Part shown: positions 1 through 10,118 of the stretch, piece after piece
Layout: each line of letters starts with the position of its first letter
Numbering within the stretch: the stretch's first letter is position 1
Source: Acidobacteriota bacterium
GTDB taxonomy: Bacteria; Acidobacteriota; UBA890; WLXD01
DNA: 64,000 bases
NCBI GenBank assembly: GCA_965248695.1
Contig: CBDFKD010000002.1
Coordinates: 2,880,001-2,944,000 of the forward strand
Direction: 5' to 3'
Notes under the pieces: model-generated
The model's database searches: none
What the model saw: only the letters and a program-made list of their open reading frames with translations
Told to the model about the DNA's origin: nothing
Position numbers and translations under genes: made by a program

Positions 1-265
1 ACACAAGCCCCTCCTCGCACCACGCAACTACACGAAATCCGACGTCGTTCAGACGTTGGAATCCGGCCACCTTCGGACGGGCGACGCTCTTGTCGAGGTA
101 GAAACCGGAAGGAAGCAACGCCAGGCGGCGCAGAATGGACTGCTGTCCACCGAGTATCACTCGGAAACCCGCTTCCGCAGCCACGCAGCCGAAGTATGTC
201 TTGGCGTCCAGCTCGCGGGCCTTGGTCTCTACCGGGAGTATGAGCCAGGGTCGTTCTTGGCTCAT
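1..265 (-). CDS. Surface carbohydrate biosynthesis protein (TIGR04396-like), N-terminal part; runs off the window
   Basis: Manual translation from the ATG at 265: MSQERPWLILPVETKARELDAKTYFGCVAAEAGFRVILGG...AWCEEGLV. ATGA overlap with the stop of the upstream gene. Confidence 0.75.
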   Translation of the reverse strand, partial: MSQERPWLILPVETKARELDAKTYFGCVAAEAGFRVILGGQQSILRRLALLPSGFYLDKSVARPKVAGFQRLNDVGFRVVAWCEEGLV

Positions 266-1773
266 TGTTGCGCTTGCCCGGCGGTGCAATCGAGGTCGGT
301 CCGCTGCAGAACGGCTACCTGACGCGGCTCCGACATCCCGTCGGTGAGAGTCGCCTCGGCTAGTACCCGAACCGGCACAACCTCGTTGAGGGTTTCGACA
401 TGCTCCCGCAGGGTTCCGTCTCGCTGATGGCCTTCGTAGAGCATCGTGCTCCAGGGCAGTCGTTCGAGCGCCGGGAGCCACCCGACATGCCCGCGGATCG
501 CCAGATAGCTGACCAGCGCGTCGGCATCGCGCAGACCCGCCAGATGGTCCGGCAGCGAAGCGCACAGATCGACCTCCGGAACGAGATCGACCCCCCGCAG
601 CGAGAAACGTGTACAACCGATCGACAGCAGTACGGCTCGGGCGGCAGTGACGACGTCGTCCTTGTCCCAGCCGTGAAGCCAGCGGGCGCCCCGGCGGAGG
701 TACTCCGCTCCCATCAGGCCGAGATTGCAGCCCACGTCGAAGACCACCTTGTTCCGCAGATCCACACCGGCCTCGGCGAGCAGTAGATCAAAGACCTCCA
801 TCCGCCTGCGTGGGGACCGCTTTCCCGGCAGGTCGATCCCGGGAATCTCCTGATACAGGAATCCGCCGTCCGTTCCGCCGAGCAGATAGCTCCCGGCGCC
901 GAAGTGACTGGCCGCGGTCGCCTGCCGGGCGGTCTCGAGTAGATGATCCTGGTAGCGGTCGAGAATGAAGTTGTGGATGTCCACGTAGAACGGTTGGCCA
1001 TCTGCCTCGGAACGCAGCAGATTGCCGTTGCAATCGGGGGGCTCGAAGTCCGGCGTTCGCCAGCCATTCATGCTGATGAGCTCGATCAATCGATCGCGCT
1101 CCAGCGACTGCAGCCGTTCCACGAGGCGCCGGCAATCATCGGGCTCGAGAGGTGCCGGTTCAATGTGCCGGACGACGTAACCGGTCCACACGCATCCGGA
1201 AGCGTCGGCTAGCTCCACTAGGTCGTACAGGCGCGGAGCGATCTCCCGGAGGTGGAGGAAGTTGAAGGTCAGGGTCTGTTTGCGGTGCGAAAAGGAAACT
1301 TTCTGCGGCAGGGACCGACCAAAGCAACCGTCCATGTAGAACGCGTCGCTGTCGCCAGGCTGCTTGGCGATCTTCAGCCCCGCCCCGGCCGGATAGGTTT
1401 CTTGAAGATGACACAGGGGCGTTGCCGCCCACGTCTGCGGAGGTAGGTAAACGGCATCCCAACCGGCGGAGAACGCCAGGCTCTCCGCCTCGCACCACGC
1501 TTCAACGGTGCGCGCGTCAAGCCGGTCGACCTGGTGGGACACATCGAAGCGGGAGGGAGCTTGCACAGGCAGCTCGGCGCGCCACCGCTCGCCGCTCCGT
1601 GCGCCCGGGCGACGCCCCATGAGCAGCCTCGGTCCGAACCGTACCAGCGCGCGGGCCTCTCGCCTCAGCGCGCCGAAGTTGCCGTGGATGCTTCGCAGAG
1701 CGTTCAGGGCTCGCGGATGTCCGTGCAGGGCTTTCTTGAGCCGTTCACGCAGCGCGAATGAACTCCGGGACAT
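262..1773 (-). CDS. Putative kinase-like domain fused to a class I SAM-dependent methyltransferase
   Basis: C-half has SAM motif I (VFDVGCNLG). N-half has kinase-like elements GLKIAK, APRLYD, DCNGNLL, FYVDIHNF. Confidence 0.55.
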   Translation of the reverse strand: MSRSSFALRERLKKALHGHPRALNALRSIHGNFGALRREARALVRFGPRLLMGRRPGARSGERWRAELPVQAPSRFDVSHQVDRLDARTVEAWCEAESLAFSAGWDAVYLPPQTWAATPLCHLQETYPAGAGLKIAKQPGDSDAFYMDGCFGRSLPQKVSFSHRKQTLTFNFLHLREIAPRLYDLVELADASGCVWTGYVVRHIEPAPLEPDDCRRLVERLQSLERDRLIELISMNGWRTPDFEPPDCNGNLLRSEADGQPFYVDIHNFILDRYQDHLLETARQATAASHFGAGSYLLGGTDGGFLYQEIPGIDLPGKRSPRRRMEVFDLLLAEAGVDLRNKVVFDVGCNLGLMGAEYLRRGARWLHGWDKDDVVTAARAVLLSIGCTRFSLRGVDLVPEVDLCASLPDHLAGLRDADALVSYLAIRGHVGWLPALERLPWSTMLYEGHQRDGTLREHVETLNEVVPVRVLAEATLTDGMSEPRQVAVLQRTDLDCTAGQAQQ

Positions 1774-1907
1774 CTGTCGACTTCGCGTGTCTGTTGCCGG
1801 TCACGGTCGCCCTGTACCGGACGAGCGCAGTTGGAGCGAAAATTAACATGCGCCGGAATCTACCGTCCCCCGCCTGGCCGGGCGGATGCAAGCCGACCGG
1901 CAACGCC

Positions 1908-3125
1908 CTAGCGGACGTGCCGACGCGAAGCACTGTGCTTCCGGCGTAGCTCGTTGCGATAGAGGGCGCTCACGTCAGCGACCAATCGCTCAGCAGAGAA
2001 GCGAGCCCGGACGACCTCGCGACCAGCCGAACCCAGCTCGTGTCGCTCCTGGGGCGTCGTCGCGAGCCGGACCATGGCGTCTGACAAGGCCTCGGAATCG
2101 CCTGCCGGAGCCAGCAGCCCGGTGTGCCCGTCTGCGACCACGTCGCTGATACCGCCGACGTCGGTCGCTATGACCGGGAGCGCGGCGGCCATCGCCTCGA
2201 TGATCGCCACCGGAGTTCCTTCATTGCGGGACGTGAGCATCAACACGTCGATAGCCCGGTAGACGTCTGGTAGAGACGGTTGCCATCCCGCGAAACAGAC
2301 CTGCTCCGCTATTCCCAGGCAGCGCGCCTGTTCCTCCAGCTCCGCTCTGAGGGGGCCGTCACCGACGATCAATAGCCGGGCGATTGGGACCTGTTTGATA
2401 ACCCCCGCAAAGGCTTCGAGCAGAGTCACCACGTCTTTGATCGGCACGAGCCGACCCACGAATCCAAAAACCAAATCGCCCATGCCCCAACCAGCGTTCG
2501 TATGCAGCGTCGATGCGCCCGGCTCCAGGCGAAGGAGCGATTGGAGTTCGAGACCCAGCGGAATCACACGAACTTTGTCGGAATCGGCGATTCGATGAAC
2601 GGAAGTGAGCTCGCGCTTCTGTGATTCTGAGATAGAAACCACGACATCGGTCGCCTTGGCGAGTAGACGTTCCGCTAGCCGGATCGCGGTTTCGACAGGG
2701 CCGACGAAGTAACCGGCGAAGACATGCCCGTGGAACGTATGAACTACTAGACATCGACGGCTGCGCCGCCTCGCTGCGTTGTAGACAAACGCCGCGAGCC
2801 TACCCAACGTGCCAGCCTTGGCCGTGTGCGTATGTACGACGTCGGGAGCCTCGACGAACAGCAAACGAACGAGTCGTAGCAAGGCACGAAGATCGCTCCA
2901 CGGACGCACTCGCCGCCCCAGCTCAGGCACTTGCGCCGCGTGCACGTGTCGTGCGCGTATCTCGTCGTGCAGATTCCCCTCGCGCTCGCCCGTCATGCCA
3001 TGGACGAGCAGAGAGCTGAACTCGAACCGGTCGAGACCCTCACAGAGAATGAGTACGTGGCGAGCTGGCCCCCCGATGTTCAGTCGAGCAATGATCCGAA
3101 CGACTTTCAGGGGACGGTCAGGCAC
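1908..3125 (-). CDS. Glycosyltransferase family 4 (GT-B)
   Basis: IARLNIGGPA, HTHTAKAG, VGRLVPIKD and EGTPVAIIEAM (E-x7-E) motifs. Confidence 0.95.
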   Translation of the reverse strand: MPDRPLKVVRIIARLNIGGPARHVLILCEGLDRFEFSSLLVHGMTGEREGNLHDEIRARHVHAAQVPELGRRVRPWSDLRALLRLVRLLFVEAPDVVHTHTAKAGTLGRLAAFVYNAARRRSRRCLVVHTFHGHVFAGYFVGPVETAIRLAERLLAKATDVVVSISESQKRELTSVHRIADSDKVRVIPLGLELQSLLRLEPGASTLHTNAGWGMGDLVFGFVGRLVPIKDVVTLLEAFAGVIKQVPIARLLIVGDGPLRAELEEQARCLGIAEQVCFAGWQPSLPDVYRAIDVLMLTSRNEGTPVAIIEAMAAALPVIATDVGGISDVVADGHTGLLAPAGDSEALSDAMVRLATTPQERHELGSAGREVVRARFSAERLVADVSALYRNELRRKHSASRRHVR

Positions 3126-4647
3126 CGTGAGAGGGTGAGCGTTTGGACTGCTTCAAATCGTCTCGTCGGCCGAGGTGCCCCCCGGCCGCGGTGAGAGCGA
3201 GCAAGGAGAGGGGGACGAGGATCATCAGCCGCAGGCGCACCAATGTGCCGAAGTTCGTCACGACGTACCCGAGTAGCAGTGCAGTAGCGACTACAAGCAT
3301 TGCCGAGAAGAAAATGAAGGGCAGATCACGAGATGTCAGTCGGCGTCGGCGGTAGATAAGAACGCTCACGCCGAGCGCAGTCAGCCCGAGCAGTGCGGTG
3401 TCGATGTCGGTGAAGAAAAGAAACCCCCGGCCGCCCGGGAAATCAACGATGGACAACGCCCTCAGTAGGCTGATCGGAAACGAGATCGCGGCCACGCCGA
3501 TCAGCAGTCGACGTGCGTACTCGGTCCAATCGTCCGCCTGAGCACGCGCGAAAACAGGACCGTCGGCCGGAACCATCAGGGGGTCTTCCTGCAATGCGAG
3601 GTGCTCGCTGAAGGTAATGATGTTGGTCCGACCACCGCTCGCTACGAACCCGCGCCGATGCCGCTCGAGGTGTCTCCCGATCTCACGGAGGACACTCATC
3701 GGTGACGGAAAGCTCGTGGTCGGCTGATCGTCGCCAGGGCCGCCCGTAATGCCGTTGATCGCCGCGGTGGCGTAGGTAGAGGCGTACAATCCGCCACCCT
3801 GGTACGTCGCTGCGAAAGACAGAGAAATGACGGTAGCCGCGACCGCCAGATAACGTGCCAGCGGTACGCTTCGCTGCCAAAAGATGAAGACGAACAATGA
3901 GAATGCCAGCCCCATGCACAGCATGAACGGATAGTAGGAGCGGATACCTGCCAGGGCCCACAAGGCGGCCATCAGCAGCACCAATCCGGATATCGGGACC
4001 CAGGGAGGCTGGCGCGCTGGGAGCCCGTGTACCACGGAGGCCAGAAGCAGGTACGCACCTGCACCGGCAACCACGAGCAGGAATGCAAAGACGCTGTTCT
4101 TCAAGGGCTGGGTGCCGTGGATGATGAGTACCGGCGACAGGCTGTACGCGCCCAACAGAAGCACTCCTGGCAGCCTCGCCTGGTTGTTTGTTCGAGGGGC
4201 GAGCAGATAAGTCAAGAGTCCGCAGGCCAACGTGTACGCGGCTAGGTTCAGGAACATCCCGCTGGCAGGACTCTCGCCGACGATTCGAATCCAGATTGCC
4301 AGAGACTTGACATAGGTCGGCGACGCGCTGCCTCCGGCTACCATTTGCAGCCCGTCCTGAGCTACGCGAGCGGCCCGCCGGAAATAACCTTGCGCATCCG
4401 GGGCAAAAACCCAGAACCCGTTCGAGAAATGCAGCCCGTCGACCAGCCTCCAGTCCAAGTACGACGACCAAAAAAAGAACATTCCGAGCGCTGCTCGGGA
4501 CAGAAACCCGGCAGCGACAATCGCGCCGCAAACCGGCGACTGCTCACGGATCCACCGGAGCAAGCGGAGCAGGCCGTACCCGACAGCAAGCCCGAGCACG
4601 ATTTGCAAGCCGGACTCGCCCGCGAAGAACCACAAGCTGCGGATCAA
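3118..4647 (-). CDS. Multi-pass membrane protein, possibly a Wzy-like polymerase or GT-C enzyme
   Basis: About 10 or more hydrophobic segments, a PDAQGY loop motif and C-terminal NFGTLVRLR; lies in the glycan operon. Confidence 0.5.
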   Translation of the reverse strand: MIRSLWFFAGESGLQIVLGLAVGYGLLRLLRWIREQSPVCGAIVAAGFLSRAALGMFFFWSSYLDWRLVDGLHFSNGFWVFAPDAQGYFRRAARVAQDGLQMVAGGSASPTYVKSLAIWIRIVGESPASGMFLNLAAYTLACGLLTYLLAPRTNNQARLPGVLLLGAYSLSPVLIIHGTQPLKNSVFAFLLVVAGAGAYLLLASVVHGLPARQPPWVPISGLVLLMAALWALAGIRSYYPFMLCMGLAFSLFVFIFWQRSVPLARYLAVAATVISLSFAATYQGGGLYASTYATAAINGITGGPGDDQPTTSFPSPMSVLREIGRHLERHRRGFVASGGRTNIITFSEHLALQEDPLMVPADGPVFARAQADDWTEYARRLLIGVAAISFPISLLRALSIVDFPGGRGFLFFTDIDTALLGLTALGVSVLIYRRRRLTSRDLPFIFFSAMLVVATALLLGYVVTNFGTLVRLRLMILVPLSLLALTAAGGHLGRRDDLKQSKRSPSHGA

Positions 4648-6569
4648 CGTTCCGCGGCCGCGGTTGGACCGGTCGAGACGACGCGCGTAGCGGGATCCAG
4701 ATCGGTTAGTGAGATCCGCAAACGGCGCGCGCGCGCATCGACGCCCAGAGCGCGAAAGGACTGCTGCGCCTTTGCGTCGTCAATCTTGGTAGTCGAGATC
4801 CAGATCTCTGGCTGCCTGGCGGCCTGCGTACCGTCTAGCCAGGCCCCGAGGCTCTGGACCGGCAGGCCGCTGAGTTGCCGGCCCCACAAGTCACGATCAT
4901 CGTCGATGAAACCGACGACGACGAACTCAGCATACAGGTCGTTGTACATGATCTCATCGCGAAGGAACTTCCCGCCGCTGCCCGCTCCGTAGATGAGAAC
5001 CGGAGTCCGATGGATTCGCTTGCTCGCGATGGTCAGCCGGTGAGTGAGACTGTCGAATATCCGGAAGCTGAGACGAGAAGCAGCAAGGGCCGAGAACAGC
5101 AAGATCGCGTGTATGAGATGCGCGCTCCTGCTATGACCTGGACCGAACCGATCTGCCAACGTAAGAGCGCTTACGGTGATCGCGGTGCCCAGGAGAACGG
5201 CGCTCCCATAGGCAGGTAGGTCCGCGACCGTGATGAACTTCCAGCGCTCCCGGTAGATGCGCATCACGAAGAAGGCCGCGATGTACGAGGAAACGACGAA
5301 CGGATACGCGAAGACCAGTGCCTGTCGCGCGCGAGGATCCAGCCATCCGTCGAACCGGAGTAGGTATGCTGCCTGGAAACTCAGGACGATCAGGATCAGG
5401 TCGAGGACAACCTCTGCGGCACGAGCCTTGTGGAGGAGTTGACTTACTAATGGCGTCCAGAACGCTGGTCGTGAGCCTGGTTCCGTTGTCTGGATGCTCA
5501 CCCGTGCGAGGTAGACGCCCATCAGAACCAAGAGCACCGCGTAGAGCCCGAACAGCGGCAGCGAAAGCTGGGGGGAACGTGGGATGAGTAGCGCAATTGC
5601 GCCTCCACCCGCCGCCAGCAAGTAGAGCATCCAAACAGCACCGCGCTCCGAGAGTCCCAGACCGACGAGCCGATGAGAAGAATGGTCCTGACCCCCGACC
5701 GTCGGAGCCTGAGCGCGAAGCTGGCGCGTGATCGTAACCAGAGTGGTATCGAAGATCGGAACTGCCAACAGAGCTACCGGTATCACCAGCGTCATCACAG
5801 GCGCGAATCCAAGACGACCACCCTCGACACCCCAAGAACCGTTCAAGCTACTGGGCATCGTCAGCGCCGCCAGGACGTAGCCCAGGAATAGTGCTCCGGA
5901 ATCTCCCATGAATATCGACGCGGGCGGTCGGTTGAATGCCCAGAAGCCGAGCGTCGAGGCGACCAGCACCAACCCTAGGTAAAACGCGATTTCGGGTGTG
6001 CCGTCGGCGGAGATCTCGTGGGCCAGAAAGGCCGTGCTACCGAGAGCTATGATCGCCACTCCGGAGGCCAGCCCGTCCATGTTGTCGAGCATATTGACGG
6101 CATTGATGATCCCTATGAACCAGAAGTACGTTACGAGCAGGTCGGCCGGAAGGAACCCCGTGACTGCGAAGACCCCACCGGCCAGGATGAAGGCGTTCGA
6201 TGCCAACAGCTGACAGACGAGTTTCGTCGCGGGACGAAATCGATAGATGTCGTCCAGCAGCCCCAGCACGAACATCGAGAGTGCCCCTGCCAGGAGAGCA
6301 AAGGGCAGCGGGATCCCGAGAGGTCCGGCAGCGACAGGAAAGCTGCCACTCCATCCAAGAACGAGCCAAAGGGAGGCGCCAAAGAAGGGCACGAAGATGC
6401 CGACGCCACCATGCATAGCGGTTGGCGCCTTGTGCCAGCGATCTGCACTTGGACGGGCTACCCACCCACGTCGAGCTGAGATGATCCGCACCGCCGCCGT
6501 CAGAATCAGGGCAGAAACCAACACAGCGCCCAGCAGCGCCAGCAGCCCACTGCCGCCAAGTGAGCTCAC
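4644..6569 (-). CDS. Undecaprenyl-phosphate sugar-1-phosphate transferase (WecA/MraY family) fused to a CapD-like TM and Rossmann-like (CoA-binding-like) domain
   Basis: GLLDD, NAVNMLDNMDGL, FMGDSG and DHSSHRL motifs, then YLLRFD...VLIYGAGSGG...GFIDDD. Confidence 0.88.
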   Translation of the reverse strand: MSSLGGSGLLALLGAVLVSALILTAAVRIISARRGWVARPSADRWHKAPTAMHGGVGIFVPFFGASLWLVLGWSGSFPVAAGPLGIPLPFALLAGALSMFVLGLLDDIYRFRPATKLVCQLLASNAFILAGGVFAVTGFLPADLLVTYFWFIGIINAVNMLDNMDGLASGVAIIALGSTAFLAHEISADGTPEIAFYLGLVLVASTLGFWAFNRPPASIFMGDSGALFLGYVLAALTMPSSLNGSWGVEGGRLGFAPVMTLVIPVALLAVPIFDTTLVTITRQLRAQAPTVGGQDHSSHRLVGLGLSERGAVWMLYLLAAGGGAIALLIPRSPQLSLPLFGLYAVLLVLMGVYLARVSIQTTEPGSRPAFWTPLVSQLLHKARAAEVVLDLILIVLSFQAAYLLRFDGWLDPRARQALVFAYPFVVSSYIAAFFVMRIYRERWKFITVADLPAYGSAVLLGTAITVSALTLADRFGPGHSRSAHLIHAILLFSALAASRLSFRIFDSLTHRLTIASKRIHRTPVLIYGAGSGGKFLRDEIMYNDLYAEFVVVGFIDDDRDLWGRQLSGLPVQSLGAWLDGTQAARQPEIWISTTKIDDAKAQQSFRALGVDARARRLRISLTDLDPATRVVSTGPTAAAER

Positions 6570-6575
6570 GCGAGC

Positions 6576-7676
6576 TTACCGCCCGGGGACCGCGTCGGGC
6601 GGATGGTATTGTCGCTCGTAGGCGACGACCCGTTCGAGAATGTCACGCAGAGACTTGCTCGGTCGCCAGTCGGTAAGCTCTCGCAGCCGCTCGGTGCTTG
6701 GAAGGCGTCTCTGCATGTCCTCGAAGCCTGGTCCGTAGGCTTCCTCATAGGGCACCTCGACGATCGACGATTCGCTTCCACACACCTCGCGGATCAGCTC
6801 GGCCAGCTCCCGAATAGAGATTTCCTCTTCGCCCCCGATGTTGAACACACTGCCTATTGCGTCTTCCTCTGCGGCAAGGGCCTCGATGGCGCGCACTGCA
6901 TCGCCGACGTCGCCGAACACGCGGCGCTGGCTACCATCGCCATACACCGTGAGATCCTCGCCGCGCAGAGCCTGACCTACAAGACGGGGCACGACCATTC
7001 CGTAGCTACCTGTCTGGCGCGGTCCCACGGTATTGAAGAGACGAAAAACCGTTAGCGGCAGCCCGTACTCGGCGTGATAGGCGAGGCCGAGAAACTCATC
7101 AATCATTTTACTTGCCGCATAGGCCCACCGGCTCTTGCTCGTCGGCCCCAGGAGAACCTCATCGTCTTCCCTGAACGGGATTCGGGCGCCCTTGCCGTAT
7201 ACCTCTGAGGTACTCGCTAGCAGGACTCGGCAACCGTAGCTTAGCGCCGCCTTCAATACGTTTTCTGTCCCGCCCACATTTGTCTCAATTGTATGCACGG
7301 GTCGATCGACAATGAGCTTCACCCCGACGGCCGCCGCCAAATGAACGACAACATCCGCCTCGGACGTCAACCGATCTAGCACAACCTGGTCGAAGACATC
7401 GGCGCGCGCGAAACGGAAGGCCCGGTCTTCGAGCAGATGGTCGATGTTCTCGATCCGGCCCGTGCTGAGGTTGTCGAGACCCAGAACCTGCTCGCCTCGT
7501 CCGAGCAACGCCTCAACTAGATGAGAGCCGATGAACCCCGCGGCGCCAGTTATCAGCCATGTGCGAGGTCGTTTGCCATCACCTGACTTTGCGACCAACG
7601 AGTATTCCTCCGGGTTGAGCAACCTTGCGGGGTCCGAGTACCGCGCAGCAACGTCGGATGCCGGGACGGGCTCCAC
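6576..7676 (-). CDS. NAD-dependent nucleotide-sugar epimerase/dehydratase (extended SDR); start uncertain
   Basis: ITGAAGFIGSH, STSEVYG, YAASK and RLFNTVGPRQ motifs. Confidence 0.92.
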   Translation of the reverse strand: MEPVPASDVAARYSDPARLLNPEEYSLVAKSGDGKRPRTWLITGAAGFIGSHLVEALLGRGEQVLGLDNLSTGRIENIDHLLEDRAFRFARADVFDQVVLDRLTSEADVVVHLAAAVGVKLIVDRPVHTIETNVGGTENVLKAALSYGCRVLLASTSEVYGKGARIPFREDDEVLLGPTSKSRWAYAASKMIDEFLGLAYHAEYGLPLTVFRLFNTVGPRQTGSYGMVVPRLVGQALRGEDLTVYGDGSQRRVFGDVGDAVRAIEALAAEEDAIGSVFNIGGEEEISIRELAELIREVCGSESSIVEVPYEEAYGPGFEDMQRRLPSTERLRELTDWRPSKSLRDILERVVAYERQYHPPDAVPGR

Positions 7677-7974
7677 GGGCGAAACCCCAGCGATGCTCGC
7701 GGGAATTGTATGCCACCGATAGGAACGGCGGCGTCTGCGTGAACGACGCTAGCGACGTTCCGCGAGGCGATCCCGCACTGTTTCGGATTCGTCCCGTGAG
7801 CGCTCCAGACAGGTGCTACGCGCGCTCTACGCTGTCGCGATCGGCGATCGCCCCCGATGTACACTGGCGTCCCGAACGGTCACTTTCTGCGCCGTCGCAA
7901 CCGCATTCCGTGCCCACGGAGGGCAATCGGTGAACAGGCGCGAGCAGGACCCTGCAAGTACATCCGCTGCGTCC

Positions 7975-9150
7975 ATGAGCGACACGCCGACCGAGCCACG
8001 AGATTCCGAGTACGCCGACGTCGTACGCGACCGCGTCGACAAGCTCCGCGGCAGCGCTGCCTTCCGCAACTACGAGCAGGTTCGCGACCACGTCCTGCAG
8101 ATGAAGGACCTTGACGCACGGCATTCAGGAACGGCGCTCGAGCCCAGCGACTATTGGCGCGAGGAGCTCGAGAACTTCGAGTACATGCTCGATGCGCATC
8201 CGCTCATCATCGACAAGCTCCGGCACCATTCGCATCACGTCACCGGTTTGCGGGTATACGACTATCGGTCCAACAAAGATGCAGCACGCCAGCTCTTTGC
8301 TCAGAAGCTCGAGAAGCTGATCGACCTGGGGGGCCGCGACCTTCTGGTTCCCGAGCCACGTGACATGGGCGGGTTTGGCTTCGAAATCGACGGCCAGCTC
8401 TACAACATCGACACCTTGAAGTTCTACGAGGTGTTGATTGCGATGCAGCGCGGCGGTGTTCTGAACCAGCTGCGCGAACCGGAGGAACGCAAGCTGGTCT
8501 GGGAGATCGGTCCCGGCTGGGGTGGCTTCCCTTACCAGCTCAAGACGCTCTGCCCCGATGTCACGTACGTGCTCATGGACTTCCCCGAGCTGTTCCTCTA
8601 CTCGGGCACGTACGTGAAGACGCTGTTCCCGGAGGCTCGCGTGGAGTTCCTCGACCACGGCTCGCTCCGCGACCTACTCTCGCAGTGGCGCGACATCGAC
8701 TTTCTCTTCGTCTCGAACGCCTTCCTGGAGGAGTTCGAGCCTGAGCAACTCGACCTGGCGATCAACATGGTCTCTTTTCAGGAGATGACCTCGGAACAGG
8801 TTCGGGCCTATGTCAACAAGGCCCATGATTTGCGGAGCCCGTACCTCTACAGCCTCAATCGCGAGCGCTCCCCGTACAACCGGGAGCTGTCCAGCGTCAG
8901 CGATGTCATCGCCGAGCGCTTCTGGCCCCACGAGATTCCTGTTCTGCCGGTCAGCTACACGAAAATGCTCAACAAGATCAAGGTGAAGAACCTCAAGGCG
9001 CGCCTCACGAAGAGGGCAAGCAAGCCCGACACTGGGTACAAGCACATCGTCGGTTGGAACCGCCTGATCTCGTCCGGTGAGGGCATGGCGGCGAGTACAG
9101 GGCGGGCGACTCCCGCATCGCGTCTGGCTGCCGAAGAAGTACCGCAGTGA
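7975..9150 (+). CDS. Putative sugar O-methyltransferase (TIGR04371-like)
   Basis: VWEIGPGWGGF SAM motif, DFPELF, INMVSFQEM. ATG at 7975 chosen as start. Confidence 0.8.
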   Translation: MSDTPTEPRDSEYADVVRDRVDKLRGSAAFRNYEQVRDHVLQMKDLDARHSGTALEPSDYWREELENFEYMLDAHPLIIDKLRHHSHHVTGLRVYDYRSNKDAARQLFAQKLEKLIDLGGRDLLVPEPRDMGGFGFEIDGQLYNIDTLKFYEVLIAMQRGGVLNQLREPEERKLVWEIGPGWGGFPYQLKTLCPDVTYVLMDFPELFLYSGTYVKTLFPEARVEFLDHGSLRDLLSQWRDIDFLFVSNAFLEEFEPEQLDLAINMVSFQEMTSEQVRAYVNKAHDLRSPYLYSLNRERSPYNRELSSVSDVIAERFWPHEIPVLPVSYTKMLNKIKVKNLKARLTKRASKPDTGYKHIVGWNRLISSGEGMAASTGRATPASRLAAEEVPQ

Positions 9151-10106
9151 GCTCACCGCTGGTTGCCGTCGGTATTCCGCTCTACAACCGCGCTGAATGG
9201 CTCGCCGAGACGCTGGAGTCCCTGCTGACACAGACCTTCTCCAACTGTCGCTTCATTGCGGTTGATGATTGCTCCAGTGACGATTCGCGCGGCGTCATCG
9301 AAACCTACGCGGCGATCGATGACCGGATCAGCTACGAGCGTAATCCGGCGCGCTTGGGAATGATCGACAACTGGCGCCGTTGCTTCGAGATTGCACGCCA
9401 ACGCTATCCCGATGCGAAGTACTTCGCCTGGGCGAGCGATCACGACCTCTGGCATCCGCGGTTGCTGGCGGCGCTGGTCGGTGAGCTCGAGAGCCACCCG
9501 GAAGCTGTGCTGGCATACTCGTCGCATCTGAAGATCTCCGAAACTGGCGAGCCCCGAGGGCCGGGGGGCTGGACCTTCGAAACGGCCGGAATCACACGCC
9601 GGAACAAGAGATTCGTCGAGACAACGTGGCGGATGTCGGCTGGCAACATGATCTACGGCCTGTTCCGATCCGACGCGTTGCTGCGGGCAGGGGTTTTCCG
9701 TCGAATCCTGCTGCCAGACCGGTTCCTGGTCGCGGAGATCGCGTTACAGGGCCAGTTCCGGCAGGTCCCCGAGCTGCTCTGGTACCGACGACACGAAGGC
9801 GTCTTCAGCCTCAAGCGGCAGCGTCGCTCGCTGTTTGGCTCGCAGCGGCCGTGGTGGGTGCACGTTCCGTGGTGGATCTGCCAGCCGACCATGCTCGGCT
9901 GGAATCTGTCTATTCGAGGCAGCGGACGGCCCGCCGTAGGCCGGTTTGCCGGGTTCTTCTACGCCATCGAGTACTTCTTCGTATCGACCGTCCTGCACTT
10001 CGTTCGAGGAGTCCGACGCTTCCAGAAACGGCGCTTGCCACGCTATATCGAGGCGGTCCGGGAGCGCTTCTCGCGTCGACCGCGCGCGACCGCGACGGGC
10101 GGTTGA
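9147..10106 (+). CDS. Glycosyltransferase family 2
   Basis: VGIPLYN, VDDCSSDDS and WASDHD motifs; overlaps the previous stop. Confidence 0.92.
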   Translation: MSSPLVAVGIPLYNRAEWLAETLESLLTQTFSNCRFIAVDDCSSDDSRGVIETYAAIDDRISYERNPARLGMIDNWRRCFEIARQRYPDAKYFAWASDHDLWHPRLLAALVGELESHPEAVLAYSSHLKISETGEPRGPGGWTFETAGITRRNKRFVETTWRMSAGNMIYGLFRSDALLRAGVFRRILLPDRFLVAEIALQGQFRQVPELLWYRRHEGVFSLKRQRRSLFGSQRPWWVHVPWWICQPTMLGWNLSIRGSGRPAVGRFAGFFYAIEYFFVSTVLHFVRGVRRFQKRRLPRYIEAVRERFSRRPRATATGG

Positions 10107-10118
10107 GCCCCGTATCCG

